The notes below the pieces were generated by a model that saw only the letters and a list, made by a program, of their open reading frames with translations, made no database searches and was not told where the DNA came from. Position numbers and translations under genes: made by a program. A stretch of DNA of 63,869 nucleotides, filler included, from Craspedostauros australis (taxonomy: Eukaryota), in assembly GCA_030167865.1 (NCBI GenBank). It is 8 parts of 8 records of this genome, joined end to end, with 100 filler letters (N's around TTAATTAATTAA, not from the genome) between each part and the next. Parts side by side here need not be neighbours in the genome. Positions count along the whole stretch, not along the records: positions 56,220 to 61,830 come from JALAGF010004100.1; positions 61,931 to 63,869 come from JALAGF010004101.1; 6 more parts are not named here. One strand, given 5' to 3'. How positions within the stretch are numbered: the stretch's first letter is position 1; every line of letters begins with the position of its first letter. Below are positions 61,549-63,869 of the stretch, piece after piece.

Positions 61549-62340
61549 GTATATGTCGAGATGTACGTGTATATGTGCATCGTTCACCTGTTATTCTCTC
61601 ATACGCACTTGGACGGTATAACTACACTCGTGTCGATAGTATTCCGTGATTCGTCAGAATTACAGCGGAAATGGAACACACAAAAACGAGCAAGATTTCT
61701 GGAGGAAATTTGCAATCAACGATTTCTGAGAGAATTAGAATATCGCCCGTCCATCCATCAATGGTACCAAGAGAATCTCAAGGTACTTCCCAACTAAACC
61801 TCAGATGACGATATCATCTGACAGGCTGCTNNNNNNNNNNNNNNNNNNNNNNNNNNNNNNNNNNNNNNNNNNNNTTAATTAATTAANNNNNNNNNNNNNN
61901 NNNNNNNNNNNNNNNNNNNNNNNNNNNNNNAAGGTGCCCATTCACGTTAGTGTCTCCAGCTTTTTCCTTCCTCCTCGATCGTTTCGAACACGTTAAACAA
62001 CGTTAGCGGCTCCAGAGTCCATTGACATTTCCCGTTCGTGGACATCACACACATCACACACATCACGCACATCATCGCCGCATGCGTATGACCACATCGT
62101 CGCCACGCAGACACAAAACTCCCGTCACATTTTGGAGTCATTCCAAAGCTTCCTCCGCCGATGCAATGCTCATTCTATCTGTTGTGCTGCGGTTGTAGTG
62201 TGAGTAGTGAGAGTACTGGTTGCATTGGCAGTTGTGGTCGCTGCTGCTGCATCCAACACCTCCTCCACTCGCTTTCATTCCGTGTTCTCCAGTGCAATTC
62301 GTCGATCAATCAATCAAGCTACTCTGTTACCATCAACACC

Positions 62341-63810
62341 ATGTCCTCCACCGCCGCCAAAGCCTCCATCAAGAGTGACAACCCATCTCCTCGTAAGAAG
62401 CCTCGTTCCTGTGCTGCCCCTCTCGATTCTCCGTTTGATTCCGATGGCAACTTGGCACCTACTCGTGAGCAGCTGTTGCCTGACAAGCTGTCTGCTGGAT
62501 TGCGGAAGCTAACCAACATCACTCATGCGATCGAGGTGAAGCCGATGCTTCCAGTGGACAGCAACCTTGTTCCAACTTTGGCGCATGTCGATGCTGCCAA
62601 CTTGCGCGTCGACGTGCGCCTGTCCAGTGTGGCTGGTGTCATTTTTGACACACCGACGGTCACACTGCGTACGGTGGGACAAGGTGTCGGTGCTATCACA
62701 GTGGTGGACGTCAGCGTGAACGTGCCACCTCCCGTCGAGTCTCCTGCCAAACCGACTACCCGCGCAAGCACTTCACGACACGCAAACGCTGTCGCTGGAG
62801 GCTCTTGCGCTCATGTTGATGTTGACAGCGACGACGACTACGTGGATGGCCGTGATCGCAGGAGGAAGCGAACAGGTCGCAACAGAATCATCAAGAAAAC
62901 GGTGAGAGGATGGCGTCGCGATGCGTTGGCCGGCGTCGCAGGGTTGGTTAAGTCTGGTCTATCTCCAAAAGTGTTCGACTCTATGCCGAAGACGGGCTTC
63001 GTACTCGGTGGAAAACACGATAGGCAAGTCTGGAGCAACATCAAACGGCTGTGGGCACCAATTGCTTGTGCGCTCTGGGATGTGTTGCTCCCAAAAGCAG
63101 CCACACCGACTCGCCAGATGCATGAGGTGGTGCAATTCGTCCGAGCTGGGCAACCACTGCCACCAATGAGGCTTGCACCTAATCTGTACCGCATATGTGT
63201 TGGAGGGAGCAAGGTCATGCACCTCTGCGCGAGAGCCGTTCTCGCGCAGTCTGCGTCTCCAACAACATGCACAGACATTCTCACTGGATACGCCAATGGA
63301 TTGCCGGAGGAAGAACGCGTGCGTGTACATGGTAATCGATTAACTGTCACTAAAAGCCAACATAACACATTGCATCGTTACCACGACATGTTGAGCGACG
63401 GGGAAACCATTCCTCCCAAAGTTCTTCAATATCGTGTGACTGCGTGTGCTTTGTCTGGTGTGGTGTCCTTTCTCTGCACTACGACCACGTACAAGGCTGG
63501 CTTGTGCCACGAAGTGGAGTGGGAAGGAGTCGTATTCGGGAATGTTCCTGTCTTCGATCGTAGAGGAAAAAGCATCATGGCGCTATTCGACATGTACAAG
63601 ACAACCACCACCAACCCAGTGGGCAAGCCAGCATTTAAGGAGATGACGAAGCTACTAACACGATGTGGCAAAGTGAACACAGGACTGTCTTCCTTCGAGA
63701 GCCACTTCTTGCTGGCGAGGTTAACTCTCAAACGCACGATCTCGCGCCTCGTCACACTTTTGAAGGCTAAGTATCCCGCAACAAACTATCAACATCTAGA
63801 TCGAAATTAA
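62341..63810 (+). CDS. Hypothetical protein, possibly a truncated Sola-like transposase (~489 aa); same sequence as contig 7 over the overlap
   Basis: ACCATG start and NLS-like PRKKPR/RRRKR. Segment YRVTACALSGVVSFL...NVPVFDRR...LFDMYK...PVGKPAFKEM...KVNTGLSSF. No DDE domain before the stop. Confidence 0.5.
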   Translation: MSSTAAKASIKSDNPSPRKKPRSCAAPLDSPFDSDGNLAPTREQLLPDKLSAGLRKLTNITHAIEVKPMLPVDSNLVPTLAHVDAANLRVDVRLSSVAGVIFDTPTVTLRTVGQGVGAITVVDVSVNVPPPVESPAKPTTRASTSRHANAVAGGSCAHVDVDSDDDYVDGRDRRRKRTGRNRIIKKTVRGWRRDALAGVAGLVKSGLSPKVFDSMPKTGFVLGGKHDRQVWSNIKRLWAPIACALWDVLLPKAATPTRQMHEVVQFVRAGQPLPPMRLAPNLYRICVGGSKVMHLCARAVLAQSASPTTCTDILTGYANGLPEEERVRVHGNRLTVTKSQHNTLHRYHDMLSDGETIPPKVLQYRVTACALSGVVSFLCTTTTYKAGLCHEVEWEGVVFGNVPVFDRRGKSIMALFDMYKTTTTNPVGKPAFKEMTKLLTRCGKVNTGLSSFESHFLLARLTLKRTISRLVTLLKAKYPATNYQHLDRN

Positions 63811-63869
63811 GGTACCCATCTCCCATGACTAGAACGTGATTCAATATTTTCTGATTCGACTCGATTTGA

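Noticed and set aside
56220..63663. 1.7-kb inverted repeats flanking the gag element, resembling a large TIR or DIRS-like element
   Set aside because: The copies are on different contigs and each begins at a contig edge, which is best explained as an assembly overlap.
1..63869. CRISPR arrays, rRNA or tRNA genes
   Set aside because: I saw no repeat-spacer arrays or RNA-gene structures by eye. The only tRNA-related sequence is the retrotransposon PBS.

Overview
Eukaryotic nuclear DNA, most likely from a diatom (GT-AG introns, a bipartite plastid presequence, diatom-expanded DUF6824, helicase-associated and TKL-kinase families, and a CoDi-type copia element). It is not one locus. Eight contigs are joined by 100-bp N44-TTAATTAATTAA-N44 spacers: 1-31717, 31818-44781, 44882-48058, 48159-50929, 51030-53355, 53456-56119, 56220-61830 and 61931-63869. 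Two contig pairs overlap as reverse complements (3/4 and 7/8). Contig 1 carries a partial STAND/TPR-like sensor protein, TDP2, a ~2100-aa ORC1-like AAA+ protein with about six tandem BAH-like domains, a CRAL-TRIO+DUF6824 protein, MSH2 apparently lacking domain I, a plastid WCKSC thioredoxin and a hypothetical protein. Contig 2 carries two HA-domain proteins, a second CRAL-TRIO+DUF6824 paralog and MND1. The short contigs carry a dynamin-like GTPase, a secreted Cys-rich repeat protein probably split over contigs 4 and 6, a kinase with its catalytic Asp replaced by Ser, a fucosyltransferase-like gene, a possible Sola-like transposon and a truncated copia element whose Gag has transmembrane-like segments. 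All family calls come from motif recognition by eye; no database search was run.
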